From assembly GCA_965116875.1 (NCBI GenBank), contig OZ220733.1, forward strand, positions 4,416,001-4,480,000: 64,000 bases of DNA. The letters are read 5' to 3'. Under the pieces are notes generated by a model. The model did not search any database. It had not been told where the DNA came from and saw only the letters and a program-made list of their open reading frames with translations. This document shows, piece after piece, positions 29,581-38,929 of the stretch. Each line of letters begins with the position of its first letter. The first letter of the stretch is position 1. The translations under genes and the position numbers were made by a program. This DNA comes from Candidatus Latescibacterota bacterium (GTDB lineage: Bacteria; Latescibacterota; UBA2968; GCA-2709665).

Positions 29581-31584
29581 ATGCCTGAAAGCGGTGCGGC
29601 GGTTACACGGGCCGCACAACCGGATCCCGAAACGTCCGTGGCGGCAGCCGACCGGGGCGTCACGCTTCGATCGATCGCGTTCGGACTGTGTCTGGCCGTG
29701 GCGGTCAGTCTTCTGGCCAACACCGTACTCTATCTTGTTCATGGCTCATTGATGGCGTACAGCCATATGCCAATGGGCAACCTGATACTGACCATGCTGT
29801 CCATGGTTGTCTGTTCAGTACTGGCCTTTCGATTCGGAAGGCCCTTTGTGTTTTCGCGAACAGAGTGGCTTACGGTTTTCACCATGGGATTCGTGAGTTC
29901 GCTTGGGCCCACGTACGGCGTGAGCGGATATCTGGTGGGTGTGATCGTGTCCCCGTACTATTTCGCCACACCCGAGAACCGCTGGTCGGAGTTCCTGCAT
30001 CCCTATCTTCCGGAATTTATCTTTCCCCAGAACAGAAAAGGGGAAATGAGCTGGTTTTACAACGGATTGCCTCCCGACGCCGCCGTGCCATGGGAAAGCT
30101 GGGCCGGGCCGCTGTTCTGGTGGTTTACCTTTATTGCGGCGGTGGCATTCGCCTGTTTCTGTGCGTCGATCATCATCCACCGCCAGTGGTCGGAATACGA
30201 AAAGCTCGTCTTTCCGGCGATGGAGCCGATCGTGGAAATCGCTTCGCAGGGAGGCTCCGGGAAGCGGCTGCTTCCGGAATTGATGCAGGGCCGGATGTTC
30301 TGGGCCGGATTCTCGGTCAGCGCCTTCATCTATTGCTGGAACATGATCGGCTGGTTCTATCCCGCATTTCCGAGTTTTCGCATGACGCCGGGATGGTACC
30401 TTCCCCTGGCGCGCGACTTTCCCGCGCTGTGGATTTCTTTCAATACGTTCGTGATCTGCTTCGCGTATTTTGCCAGCCTGGAAGTCCTGTTCAGTCTCTG
30501 GTTTTTCGACCTCTTTTTCGTGGTGGAATCGGGTATCCTGACCCGGCTGGGCATGCCGTCCTGGCATTCCTACCGGTCCGCCGGCCCGTACACATGGCAG
30601 ACCACCGGCGCATTCGTGTGCCTGGCGGTCTTCTGGGTGCTGATTTCGAGGCGTCATCTCAAGGACGCTTTTTTGAAAGCGCTTAGACCGCAAAGCAAGC
30701 ATATAGACGACAGTCGCGAACTCATCTCCTACCGCGGGGCGTTTCTCGGCCTTGGAATCGCATGCTGTTACGCCGTCGCCTGGCTCTGGAACGCCGGGAT
30801 GGATACCGGCGTGATCGCGCTGACCATTCCGACCATGTTTCTCGTCTATCTGGCGATGGGCAAGATCCTTGCGGATTCAGGGCTGGTTTTTCTGAGTTCG
30901 CCCACGTCGGCCCGAAATCTTGTACAGGCTGCGTTCGGAGGGGCTGGCGGTATTCCGGCGGCGACCCACGCCTTATTCTATCCGACCGCGGTGGCATTGA
31001 GCCACTTCAAAGGAACCATATTCACTTTCGGTATGCATGCCAACCGGTTGGGCGACTTCATCTCAGGCAACAAGAGACGGTTGTTCTGGGCGGTATGCGC
31101 CGCGTTTCTGGTGGGGCTGGTGGCATCCACGCTGTACGTCGTCTGGCTCGGATACACCGTTGGCGGGTACAACTTCGAGCCGAACTGGCTGGTGACGCGG
31201 GCCGGACACAGCGGTTTCCAGGGTGCCGTCAGCGACATCATCTCGCCCAAACCGATGCAGTCCAGCGAGTATGTGTTCTTCATCGTCGGTGCGGTTGCCA
31301 TGGCGGCAATCACGTTCATGCGGTACCGGTTTACGTGGTGGCCGTTTCATCCCATTGGCTTCGCGCTTTCCGGCTCCGCCCTTTCGCATCTGACGGGATT
31401 TACGATTTTTCTGGCGTGGAGCCTGAAGGCGATTCTGCTGAGGTTTTTCGGCGCCGCGTTCTATCGGCGCTCTCGTCCGTTTTTTATCGGCCTGCTCATC
31501 GGGTATATATTCGCGATCGCGCTGGGACTCGTGCTGGATGCTGTCTGGTTCATGCCGCAGGGCCACCGCATCCATGTGTATTGA
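29581..31584 (+). CDS. DUF6785/DUF6784-type polytopic membrane protein (putative transporter), paralog 2
   Basis: Same motifs as paralog 1, with shared identical peptide blocks (MAYSHMPMGNLI, SLGPTYGVSGYLVGVIV). Confidence 0.75.
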   Translation: MPESGAAVTRAAQPDPETSVAAADRGVTLRSIAFGLCLAVAVSLLANTVLYLVHGSLMAYSHMPMGNLILTMLSMVVCSVLAFRFGRPFVFSRTEWLTVFTMGFVSSLGPTYGVSGYLVGVIVSPYYFATPENRWSEFLHPYLPEFIFPQNRKGEMSWFYNGLPPDAAVPWESWAGPLFWWFTFIAAVAFACFCASIIIHRQWSEYEKLVFPAMEPIVEIASQGGSGKRLLPELMQGRMFWAGFSVSAFIYCWNMIGWFYPAFPSFRMTPGWYLPLARDFPALWISFNTFVICFAYFASLEVLFSLWFFDLFFVVESGILTRLGMPSWHSYRSAGPYTWQTTGAFVCLAVFWVLISRRHLKDAFLKALRPQSKHIDDSRELISYRGAFLGLGIACCYAVAWLWNAGMDTGVIALTIPTMFLVYLAMGKILADSGLVFLSSPTSARNLVQAAFGGAGGIPAATHALFYPTAVALSHFKGTIFTFGMHANRLGDFISGNKRRLFWAVCAAFLVGLVASTLYVVWLGYTVGGYNFEPNWLVTRAGHSGFQGAVSDIISPKPMQSSEYVFFIVGAVAMAAITFMRYRFTWWPFHPIGFALSGSALSHLTGFTIFLAWSLKAILLRFFGAAFYRRSRPFFIGLLIGYIFAIALGLVLDAVWFMPQGHRIHVY

Positions 31585-31750
31585 CTCAATTTGAGGCGAT
31601 GTTACCGGAAAATCGGCCACAGGAGTCCTGAATGCGGGGAGAAGGTAGAGGCGAGAAAACCCGGGTAGACGGGAGAAGAAGCCTTTGCCGGTCTGTTCTT
31701 CCGACTTGCCCGCAGCCCAAGAGGAGAACCGATACGGCAGGCAATCTCTT

Positions 31751-31785
31751 CCCTCTCCCGCGGGAGAGAGAGCCGGGGAGAGAGG
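31751..31785. repeat. CCCTCTCCC..GGGAGAG-type palindromic REP-like element
   Basis: Perfect 16-bp palindrome CTCTCCCGCGGGAGAG (31753-31768) followed by GCCGGGGAGAGAGG in an intergenic spacer. Confidence 0.5.
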
Positions 31786-31810
31786 TCCCGTACACAAAAG
31801 GAGAAATGGT

Positions 31811-32857
31811 ATGCCACAAGGTTTGCGCAAGGTAGCAGCCAAAGACGGCGCCGGTCGGATTGTCATGATCGAGGAACCGATTCCACGGCCTGGACCCGGA
31901 CAGGTCCTGGTTGAGGTCCGAGCGAGTTTTGTGAGTCCGGGTACGGAACTGGGCGCCGTGGCGAGGACCCGTAAGAATCCCGGAAGCGCACCGCCGCGTC
32001 CCTTCGGGTATTCCAATTCCGGCGTGGTAATCGGTCATGGAGAAGGGTGTGAAGATATCACGACGGGGACCCGGGTGGCGTGCATGGGCGGCGGTTACGC
32101 GCTCCACGCGACCCACGCCTGCGTTCCCAGGAATATGGCCGTCCCGATGCCCGACGCCGTTCACTTTGAGGATGCGTCGGCCATTCATCTGGTCGCGACC
32201 GCGTTGAATGCCGTCCGCCGGGCTGAGTTGACGCTTGGCGAATTCGTCGCGGTCGTGGGACTCGGCCCCGTGGGACAGTTCTCCTGCCAGTGGGCGCGGT
32301 TGGCAGGCTGTCACACGCTTGCGCTGGACAGGCTGCCGATGCGACTGTCGGTGGCGGAGAAGACGGGCGTGAGCCGGAGCGTGAACGTGGGCGAGGAAGA
32401 TCCCGTTGAGGCGTCAGGGGACTTTACGCGCGGATACGGTATGGATGCCGGCATAGTGGCCTTCGGCGGGGACGGCACCGAGGCTTTCAAGACCCTGGTG
32501 GCGATGATGAAGCGGGCGCCGGACACACACCAGATGGGCCGGATCACAATCGTCGGCGGGGCGAAGATCGAGCACGTATTCGCATCGAGCCTGGGTAACC
32601 TGGACGTGCGGAGCGCGGCCCGTACGGGACCCGGATACCACGATGAGGCATGGGAACACGGCAGGGATTATCCGCCCGTCTTCATGCAGTGGACGACCGG
32701 GCGAAACCTTGAGGAGTGTCTGGAGTTCATGGCGTCCGGCGGTATGCTGGTCGAACCGCTGATCACCCACCGGGTCGGTCTTTCGGATGCGCCGGAGGCC
32801 TGCGAAGACCTGATTCAGCGTCCCAACAAAGCGCTCGGCGTGGTATTACTGCCCTAG
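31811..32857 (+). CDS. medium-chain (Zn-type alcohol) dehydrogenase family protein
   Basis: VSPGTE, FGYSNSG, VVGLGPVG and PLITHR motifs; start refined to ATG 31811. Confidence 0.85.
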   Translation: MPQGLRKVAAKDGAGRIVMIEEPIPRPGPGQVLVEVRASFVSPGTELGAVARTRKNPGSAPPRPFGYSNSGVVIGHGEGCEDITTGTRVACMGGGYALHATHACVPRNMAVPMPDAVHFEDASAIHLVATALNAVRRAELTLGEFVAVVGLGPVGQFSCQWARLAGCHTLALDRLPMRLSVAEKTGVSRSVNVGEEDPVEASGDFTRGYGMDAGIVAFGGDGTEAFKTLVAMMKRAPDTHQMGRITIVGGAKIEHVFASSLGNLDVRSAARTGPGYHDEAWEHGRDYPPVFMQWTTGRNLEECLEFMASGGMLVEPLITHRVGLSDAPEACEDLIQRPNKALGVVLLP

Positions 32858-32900
32858 CCGCGTTGCGCTTGAGGGACCTGGAAGCGATAGGAGACCTGCA

Positions 32901-33983
32901 ATGTCTGAAAAACAGTACAGAGGCGGCGCCATCGGCCGCACGGGCCGCGGCGGTTACGGACACGGCCTTCATCTCGGATTGGCGGCGGCGGACGCGGTGG
33001 ATCTGGTGGCCCTGGCGGATCCGGACCCGCGCGGACGGCGCGAAGCCGCCGAGGCAGCCGGTGCGAATCGGACCTACGAAGACTACCGGGAGATGCTGGA
33101 AAAGGAAGCGCTGGAGATTGTAACCGTGGGTCCCCGCTGGGTGGATTGCCATGAAGAAATGGTACTGGCGTGCGTGGAAGCGGGCTGCCACGTCTACTGC
33201 GAGAAACCGATGGCCCACAGCCTGGAATCGGCGGACCGCATGGTGTCCGCGGCGGAACGTGCGGGCGTCAAACTGGCCGTGGCGCATCAGGGTGTTTATC
33301 TGCCTCAGGTTCACGCTGCGAAGCGCATGCTGGACTCCGGTGACATAGGCCCGCTGCAGGCGATTCATGCAACCGGCAAGCAGGACCATCGCGGCGGCGG
33401 CGAGGACATGATCGTGCTGGGTACGCATCTGTTCAATCTGATGCGGTTCCTGGCCGGCGACGTGGCCTGGATGAGCGCCCGGGTCATGGCGAATGAGCGG
33501 GAACTGCGGCCGGGTGATGCCCGCGAGGCGGCGGAACCGGTTGGCCTGATTGCCGGTGACTGTATTCACAGTTGTTTCGCATTTGAAAGCGGCGCCGCGG
33601 GGTCCTTTGTGTCCCGGGCGAATCAGCCCGGAAACGGGCAGTGTTTCGGTCTGGAACTGGTCGGGCGGGACGGGCGGCTCATGTTCAGGGGCGGCGCGCC
33701 GACCCTGATCGCCGCCTATCCGTACCCCGTCTGGCTGCCGGAGGACGAGTCGCAGGCCTGGAAGGTTCTGGACCTGGAAACCGCTCCGTTTACCGACGGC
33801 AATCGGTTGGCGATTCTGGATCTGATCGATGCGATCGAGCGCGACCGGCAGCCCCTGTCCAGCGGCGCGGATGCGGTGAAGGCCCTGGAAATGGTGCTGG
33901 GCGCCTATGCATCGCAGATCTCGGGCAGTCGTGTGACGTTTCCGATGTCCGAACGGAACCATCCACTCGAGGGATACGTATAG
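32901..33983 (+). CDS. Gfo/Idh/MocA family oxidoreductase
   Basis: YEDYREML, HVYCEKP and GTHLFNL motifs. Confidence 0.9.
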   Translation: MSEKQYRGGAIGRTGRGGYGHGLHLGLAAADAVDLVALADPDPRGRREAAEAAGANRTYEDYREMLEKEALEIVTVGPRWVDCHEEMVLACVEAGCHVYCEKPMAHSLESADRMVSAAERAGVKLAVAHQGVYLPQVHAAKRMLDSGDIGPLQAIHATGKQDHRGGGEDMIVLGTHLFNLMRFLAGDVAWMSARVMANERELRPGDAREAAEPVGLIAGDCIHSCFAFESGAAGSFVSRANQPGNGQCFGLELVGRDGRLMFRGGAPTLIAAYPYPVWLPEDESQAWKVLDLETAPFTDGNRLAILDLIDAIERDRQPLSSGADAVKALEMVLGAYASQISGSRVTFPMSERNHPLEGYV

Positions 33984-34124
33984 CCGACCGCTCAAGTACG
34001 GATGCTGTGGACATCCCACTGGATTGTCGTATATTATCGTGAGTGGATCCGGTTTCAACCGGATTGCATCGGTTTCCGGCCTGTACACAGAGCAAACGGA
34101 CCCCGGCCCGGAGGTGGAATCAGG

Positions 34125-35087
34125 ATGAATGCGAGAATAACCAGAGATATCTCGGATCGGATGCGTCCTTCGATCATGCTGGCCGCATGGCCTGGCATGG
34201 GAAGCGTAGGCGTTGGGGCGCTGGATTACCTGCGCCGGAAACTCGACGCTATGCCGTTCGCGGAAATAGACATGAGCGAGTACTTCGCCCCGGAGGCGGT
34301 GGTTGTGGAAAAGGGACTCGCGCGTTCGTTTTCGGACCTGCCCAGCCATGTCTTCTACTACGTTGAAGAACCGCCGCTGATTATATCCGAGAGTGAAGCG
34401 CAGATACCGGGTATGGGAGGCACGGTCCTCATGGGCCACATGCTCGACCTCGCGCAGCGGTTCAAGGTGGAAGCCATCTACACCGGCGCGGCGTACGCAA
34501 TGCCCATCAGCCACAACGAACGCGTCCAGGTCCTCGGCGCGGCCAACCAGGAGGCCCTGCGCGACGCGCTCGAGAAGTACGGCGTGGAGATCCTGCAGGA
34601 AGGACACATCGCGGGTCTGAACGGGCTGTTGCTGGGTTCGGCCGGGCTTCGAAATATCCGGGCGGCATGCCTGTTGGCGACAATGCCGATGTACGCCCAG
34701 ATGATGCCGAATCCGAAAGCGTCGCGGGAGATCGTCCGCGTCTGGGCGAAGATGCTGGAACTGGATGTGAACATGTCGGAAATCGACCAGGCGGTGGAGC
34801 GCATGGACGACACCATGTCCCAGATAGAGGAAAAGATTCGCACCGCTTTCTCCACCATGGAGCACGAGAACGAGGATGAAATCGAACTCGAGAAAGTCGA
34901 CGAGGAGCAGGTGCCCCAGGTGGTCATGGAGCGGATCGAGCGCCTGTTTGGGGAGGTCGAACACGACACGTCCAGGGAAAAGGCCGCCCTGTTGAAGCGG
35001 GAACTGGACCGGTGGAATCTCTACGGATTTTACGAAGACCGGTTCCTGGGTCTGTTCCGGAAGGACAGCGGCCCCAATCGAGGTTGA
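34125..35087 (+). CDS. PAC2 family (proteasome assembly chaperone-like) protein
   Basis: AAWPGMGSVG, IAGLNGLLLG, ACLLATMP and PNPKAS motifs; acidic helical C-terminal tail. Confidence 0.8.
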   Translation: MNARITRDISDRMRPSIMLAAWPGMGSVGVGALDYLRRKLDAMPFAEIDMSEYFAPEAVVVEKGLARSFSDLPSHVFYYVEEPPLIISESEAQIPGMGGTVLMGHMLDLAQRFKVEAIYTGAAYAMPISHNERVQVLGAANQEALRDALEKYGVEILQEGHIAGLNGLLLGSAGLRNIRAACLLATMPMYAQMMPNPKASREIVRVWAKMLELDVNMSEIDQAVERMDDTMSQIEEKIRTAFSTMEHENEDEIELEKVDEEQVPQVVMERIERLFGEVEHDTSREKAALLKRELDRWNLYGFYEDRFLGLFRKDSGPNRG

Positions 35088-35254
35088 ACCCTCCCGTTCC
35101 ATCGTCTACCACCCGGAACGTGGCGAATCCCGGTTCCATCGTTCCGCTCCGCGCGAGCCGACTGCCCCGCGTCAATCCGCTGAATCCTGCCTCCGGCTGA
35201 TCCGGTCGCATCGTTCCCGCCCGCCACAACTGCAGGAAATATAAGGAGATCAAA

Positions 35255-36331
35255 GTGTATCCGGAACCTGTCGACAGTTCCCTGTTGAAAATCGACCTGT
35301 ACAGCGATACGGCAACCAAGCCCACCCGCGAAATGCGCGAGTTCATGTGCGCTGCGGAAGTCGGCGATGAGCAACGCGGCGAAGACCCGTCCGTGAACGA
35401 ACTGCAGGAGATGGTGGCTGAAATGCTGGGCAAGGAAGCCGCATTGCTGCTGCCTTCAGGCACAATGTGCAACCAGATTGCATTTGCGGTACATTGCCGC
35501 CCGGGCGATATGGTTCTCCTGGAAAGGAACGCACACCCGCTGCATTCAGAAGCCGGCGGCGCGGCGGTGCTCTCCAGCGCAACCCTGTACCCTGTCGACG
35601 GGGTCAACGGACAGTTTACGGCGGCGCATGTGGCGGAAGAGGTCCAGCCTGCGACCCGCTACTGGCCGGGCTTTCGCCTGGTCGCCGTCGAGCAGACCAC
35701 GAACCGGCCGGGCGGGCGGGTCTGGCCACTGGAACAGATGCGCGAGGTCTGCGATGCGGCCCACGAGCGAGACCTGCAGACGCACATGGACGGCGCCCGC
35801 CTGTTCAACGCGGTCGTCGCGTCGGGAATCCTGGCGGGGGACTACGCGGAAACCTTCGACTCTCTCTGGATCGATCTCAGCAAGGGCCTGGGCGCGCCAA
35901 TCGGGGGCGTGCTGGCCGGCTCGACCGGGTTTATCGAAGCCGCATGGCAATGGAAGCAGAGGATCGGCGGCGCCATGCGGCAGGCCGGCTTTGTCGCGGC
36001 CGCGGGGATATACGCGTTGAAACACAACGTCGACCGGCTCGCGGAGGACCACGCCAACGCCAGGAGGCTGGCCGTGGGTATATCCGACGCGCCGGGAATT
36101 CACGTGAATCCGGACGAGGTCGAGACCAATATGGTGAAATTCGACGTGGGAGGTACTGGAGCGAGTTCAAAGGAGTTCGCGGGCCGGCTGCTTGCCGGCT
36201 GGGGTGTCCGGGTGAGCACGCCGGGGCCTACCGCGATTCGCGCCATACCGTACCTTGGCGTCAGCCGGGACGACGTCGACGAGGCCACCCGCGCGATCTG
36301 CACACTTGCCGAGGAACTGGCTAAGAACTGA
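35255..36331 (+). CDS. ltaE: low-specificity L-threonine aldolase family (beta-eliminating lyase)
   Basis: DLYSDT, PSGTMCN, HMDGARLFNA, SKGLGAPIG and GGAMRQAG motifs. Confidence 0.88.
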   Translation: MYPEPVDSSLLKIDLYSDTATKPTREMREFMCAAEVGDEQRGEDPSVNELQEMVAEMLGKEAALLLPSGTMCNQIAFAVHCRPGDMVLLERNAHPLHSEAGGAAVLSSATLYPVDGVNGQFTAAHVAEEVQPATRYWPGFRLVAVEQTTNRPGGRVWPLEQMREVCDAAHERDLQTHMDGARLFNAVVASGILAGDYAETFDSLWIDLSKGLGAPIGGVLAGSTGFIEAAWQWKQRIGGAMRQAGFVAAAGIYALKHNVDRLAEDHANARRLAVGISDAPGIHVNPDEVETNMVKFDVGGTGASSKEFAGRLLAGWGVRVSTPGPTAIRAIPYLGVSRDDVDEATRAICTLAEELAKN

Positions 36332-36352
36332 TCAATGACTCTCCAACGTCTT

Positions 36353-36377
36353 GTAGGGGCGTCCCTTGTGGGCGCCC
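36353..36377. repeat. GTAG-type REP element
   Basis: GTAG followed by GGGCGTCC-CTTGT-GGGCGCCC imperfect palindrome, just after the ltaE stop. Confidence 0.6.
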
Positions 36378-36506
36378 GGGTTAACATGCGGTGAGGGTTG
36401 TCCGTAGCGAATTAAGGTTCGGCAATTTACGACCCGGCGTACCCTGTGCGACGTTCAATCCGAATCCGCGCGCGGAACATGCGGTCCTTCCGTTGGAGTC
36501 GGAATA

Positions 36507-38027
36507 ATGAAATTGGCCACATATTGCGGGTTATTGGTTGTCCTGTTAGCCGTAATTGCCGACTCCTCCGTGAGCGCTCAGAATCTCCCGGCAATCCGCG
36601 CGAGGGCGAGGGCGCTGGAAGCGCAGGTCGCCGAAATCCGGGGACGAGAGTTCAAACGGGCCGTCGAGCTGGAGCTGAATGGAAGGTCGGGCTACAGCGC
36701 CCATCTCGAACGCAAGGCGCCGCTGCCGGGCCCGGTATTGTACCTTGAAGACCTGGACCGCTACGTTCGAAAGCTGGGCCTGTACAGGGGAGATGTCGTG
36801 CTGGAACGATCGTTCCTTCTGGGCGTAACCGCAATTGGAGTTGTCGCGTATTTCGACTTCGACGCGGACACGGTATTTCTGCTCGGCGATGACGTTGCCG
36901 TCGAACACTTGGAGGGCCGTCTGGCAATAGAGCTGTATCATGGCCTGCAAGACCAGTACTTCGACCTGAACGAATTCTTTCCGGACAAGACCGCTTTGAA
37001 CGCCGACGCGTTTCTGGCGCGAAGGGCCGTCGTCGAAGGCGAAGCGAGATACATAGATGAGATCCTGTGGCAGATGAAATGGAATGGCCATCTGCCCTCG
37101 CTGGGCCAGTTACAGGCGGCGATCCGCAATGACCTGAATGCAGATGCACAGCGAATACGAAGGTGGATGTCGCACGGTCCAACGGGGGAGAGCGAATCGG
37201 TTGCGGCCGCGAGGGCGGCGAGGATGGATTCCATACCGGGATTTGCCGTTCTCCAGCGCGTTCAGGTCCCTGCATTCGGGATGAATATCGTCAATCACAT
37301 CCGGAAGCAGCATTCAAACTGGAAGCGGGGATGGGAGCAAGTCGATCGGCTGTTTACCGATCCGCCGGTCTCCACCGAGCAGGTTCTGCATCCGGAGAAA
37401 TGGCTGGCCGGCGAGACGCCGGACCGGCTCGCATGGCCGCCGTTTGAAGAAACGGATCTGTTCGATGAGTGGGAATTGATACATGAAGATTCGATTGGCG
37501 AGTTGACGTGGCGTATCATCTTCGCCGAATTTGACTTGGCAACTGCCGGTGAACCGGCGGCGGCGGGATGGAACGGGGACCGCTTCGCGATGTTCCGATC
37601 TCCGGACGGCAAGGCGCTATTATACTTGCTGTATACAAGTTGGGACACCGACAAGGATGCAGTCGAATTTCAGGATCTTTACCGGGAGGTGCTGGCGTTA
37701 AAATATCCGTCAGACGGTACCCGCCACACCTTGACACGAAATAGACGCGACGTGTTGATTGTCGAAAGCGACCTGGACGTCGACACCGAAAATATCCTGG
37801 CGTTTATGAGATCGGTGCGAACCTGGGATCTGGAGGCGATCGGTGCTGCGGATTTCGACGGCAGCGGGATGGTCGACTTCAATGACTTTTTGCTGTTTGC
37901 AAGAAACTTCGGCAAGGACGAGCTTGCTTCGGATTACGATCCGGTCTACGACCTGAATCAGGACGGTCAGGTCAATTTCCCCGACTATCTGGAGTTTGTC
38001 AGGCATTTCGGATTGTCGGCTTCCTGA
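36507..38027 (+). CDS. secreted zincin-like protein with C-terminal dockerin/EF-hand pair
   Basis: Signal peptide; ELYHGLQDQ...VEGEA; PPVSTEQVLHPEK; AAAGWNGD; C-terminal ADFDGSGMVDFNDF and DLNQDGQVNFPD. Confidence 0.75.
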   Translation: MKLATYCGLLVVLLAVIADSSVSAQNLPAIRARARALEAQVAEIRGREFKRAVELELNGRSGYSAHLERKAPLPGPVLYLEDLDRYVRKLGLYRGDVVLERSFLLGVTAIGVVAYFDFDADTVFLLGDDVAVEHLEGRLAIELYHGLQDQYFDLNEFFPDKTALNADAFLARRAVVEGEARYIDEILWQMKWNGHLPSLGQLQAAIRNDLNADAQRIRRWMSHGPTGESESVAAARAARMDSIPGFAVLQRVQVPAFGMNIVNHIRKQHSNWKRGWEQVDRLFTDPPVSTEQVLHPEKWLAGETPDRLAWPPFEETDLFDEWELIHEDSIGELTWRIIFAEFDLATAGEPAAAGWNGDRFAMFRSPDGKALLYLLYTSWDTDKDAVEFQDLYREVLALKYPSDGTRHTLTRNRRDVLIVESDLDVDTENILAFMRSVRTWDLEAIGAADFDGSGMVDFNDFLLFARNFGKDELASDYDPVYDLNQDGQVNFPDYLEFVRHFGLSAS

Positions 38028-38086
38028 TGACCCCTCGCCCGGAGAGTTTCACGGATTCCTGGCACGCTCCAGAGACGACTTATCGT

Positions 38087-38905
38087 ATGCGTATCATTGA
38101 TCCTCACGTTCACGTCTGGGTGAACGACCCGGCATACCCATGGGCCCCGGACAATGCGAACCCGCCCGCGGAAGATGCGACCTGTGAGCAGTTGCTCCAA
38201 CAGATGGCGCGTCACGGTACGGAGAAGACCGTACTCGTGCAGGTGATTCACTACAAGTGGGACAACCGGTACGCGGGGGATTGTCTGAAGAAATACCCGG
38301 ACCGTTTCGAAGGGGTCTGCCGCGTGGATCCGGAGAGTCCGGAAGCCGCCGACGATCTGAGCCGGTGGGTGGAGGAATACGGTTTCAGGGGCGTGAGGTT
38401 GAGCCCGGGCGCGGGGCCGGAAGGCGACTGGTTCACACGCAGTGACCTGGATGCGCTGTGGCGGCGAACCCGCGAACTGAAGGTGCCCATGTGCATCCTG
38501 ACGGTGCAGGAGCGGCTGCCGGACCTGGAGCGTTGGATTCGGCGATACGAAGACGTGCAGGTCTGCGTGGACCACATGGCAAGACCGTATGTCAACAGGG
38601 CCGACGGCGCCGCGAATCTGCTGCAACTCGCACGATATCCGCAGGTCTACGTGAAAATATCGGGCGCCTGGGCCGTTTCCGGTGAATCCTATCCGTACCG
38701 GGACACCCACGCGGTTGTGAAGCAGGTCTACGACGCATTCGGGCCGGAACGGCTCATGTGGGGCACCGACTGGCCGCTCGTCGAACAGAAATGCGGCTAT
38801 GCCGGCGCGCTGGATCTGGTTAGAAAACAGTTCGCTTTTCTGAGCGACGCGGACCGCGAATGGATTCTGGGCAGGACAGTGCTCAGGCTCTGGCCGTTCG
38901 CCTGA
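38087..38905 (+). CDS. amidohydrolase_2 family protein (L-fuconolactonase-like)
   Basis: IIDPHVHVW, VDHMA, YVKISG and RLMWGTDWP motifs. Confidence 0.88.
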   Translation: MRIIDPHVHVWVNDPAYPWAPDNANPPAEDATCEQLLQQMARHGTEKTVLVQVIHYKWDNRYAGDCLKKYPDRFEGVCRVDPESPEAADDLSRWVEEYGFRGVRLSPGAGPEGDWFTRSDLDALWRRTRELKVPMCILTVQERLPDLERWIRRYEDVQVCVDHMARPYVNRADGAANLLQLARYPQVYVKISGAWAVSGESYPYRDTHAVVKQVYDAFGPERLMWGTDWPLVEQKCGYAGALDLVRKQFAFLSDADREWILGRTVLRLWPFA

Positions 38906-38929
38906 CGGACGGACACGGAGGAGGCGTTC

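Noticed and set aside
32763-35102. 779-aa antisense ORF (and similar ones at 25879-27858, 24268-25764, 42167-43816)
   Set aside because: Antisense to well-supported genes, with no recognisable domains.
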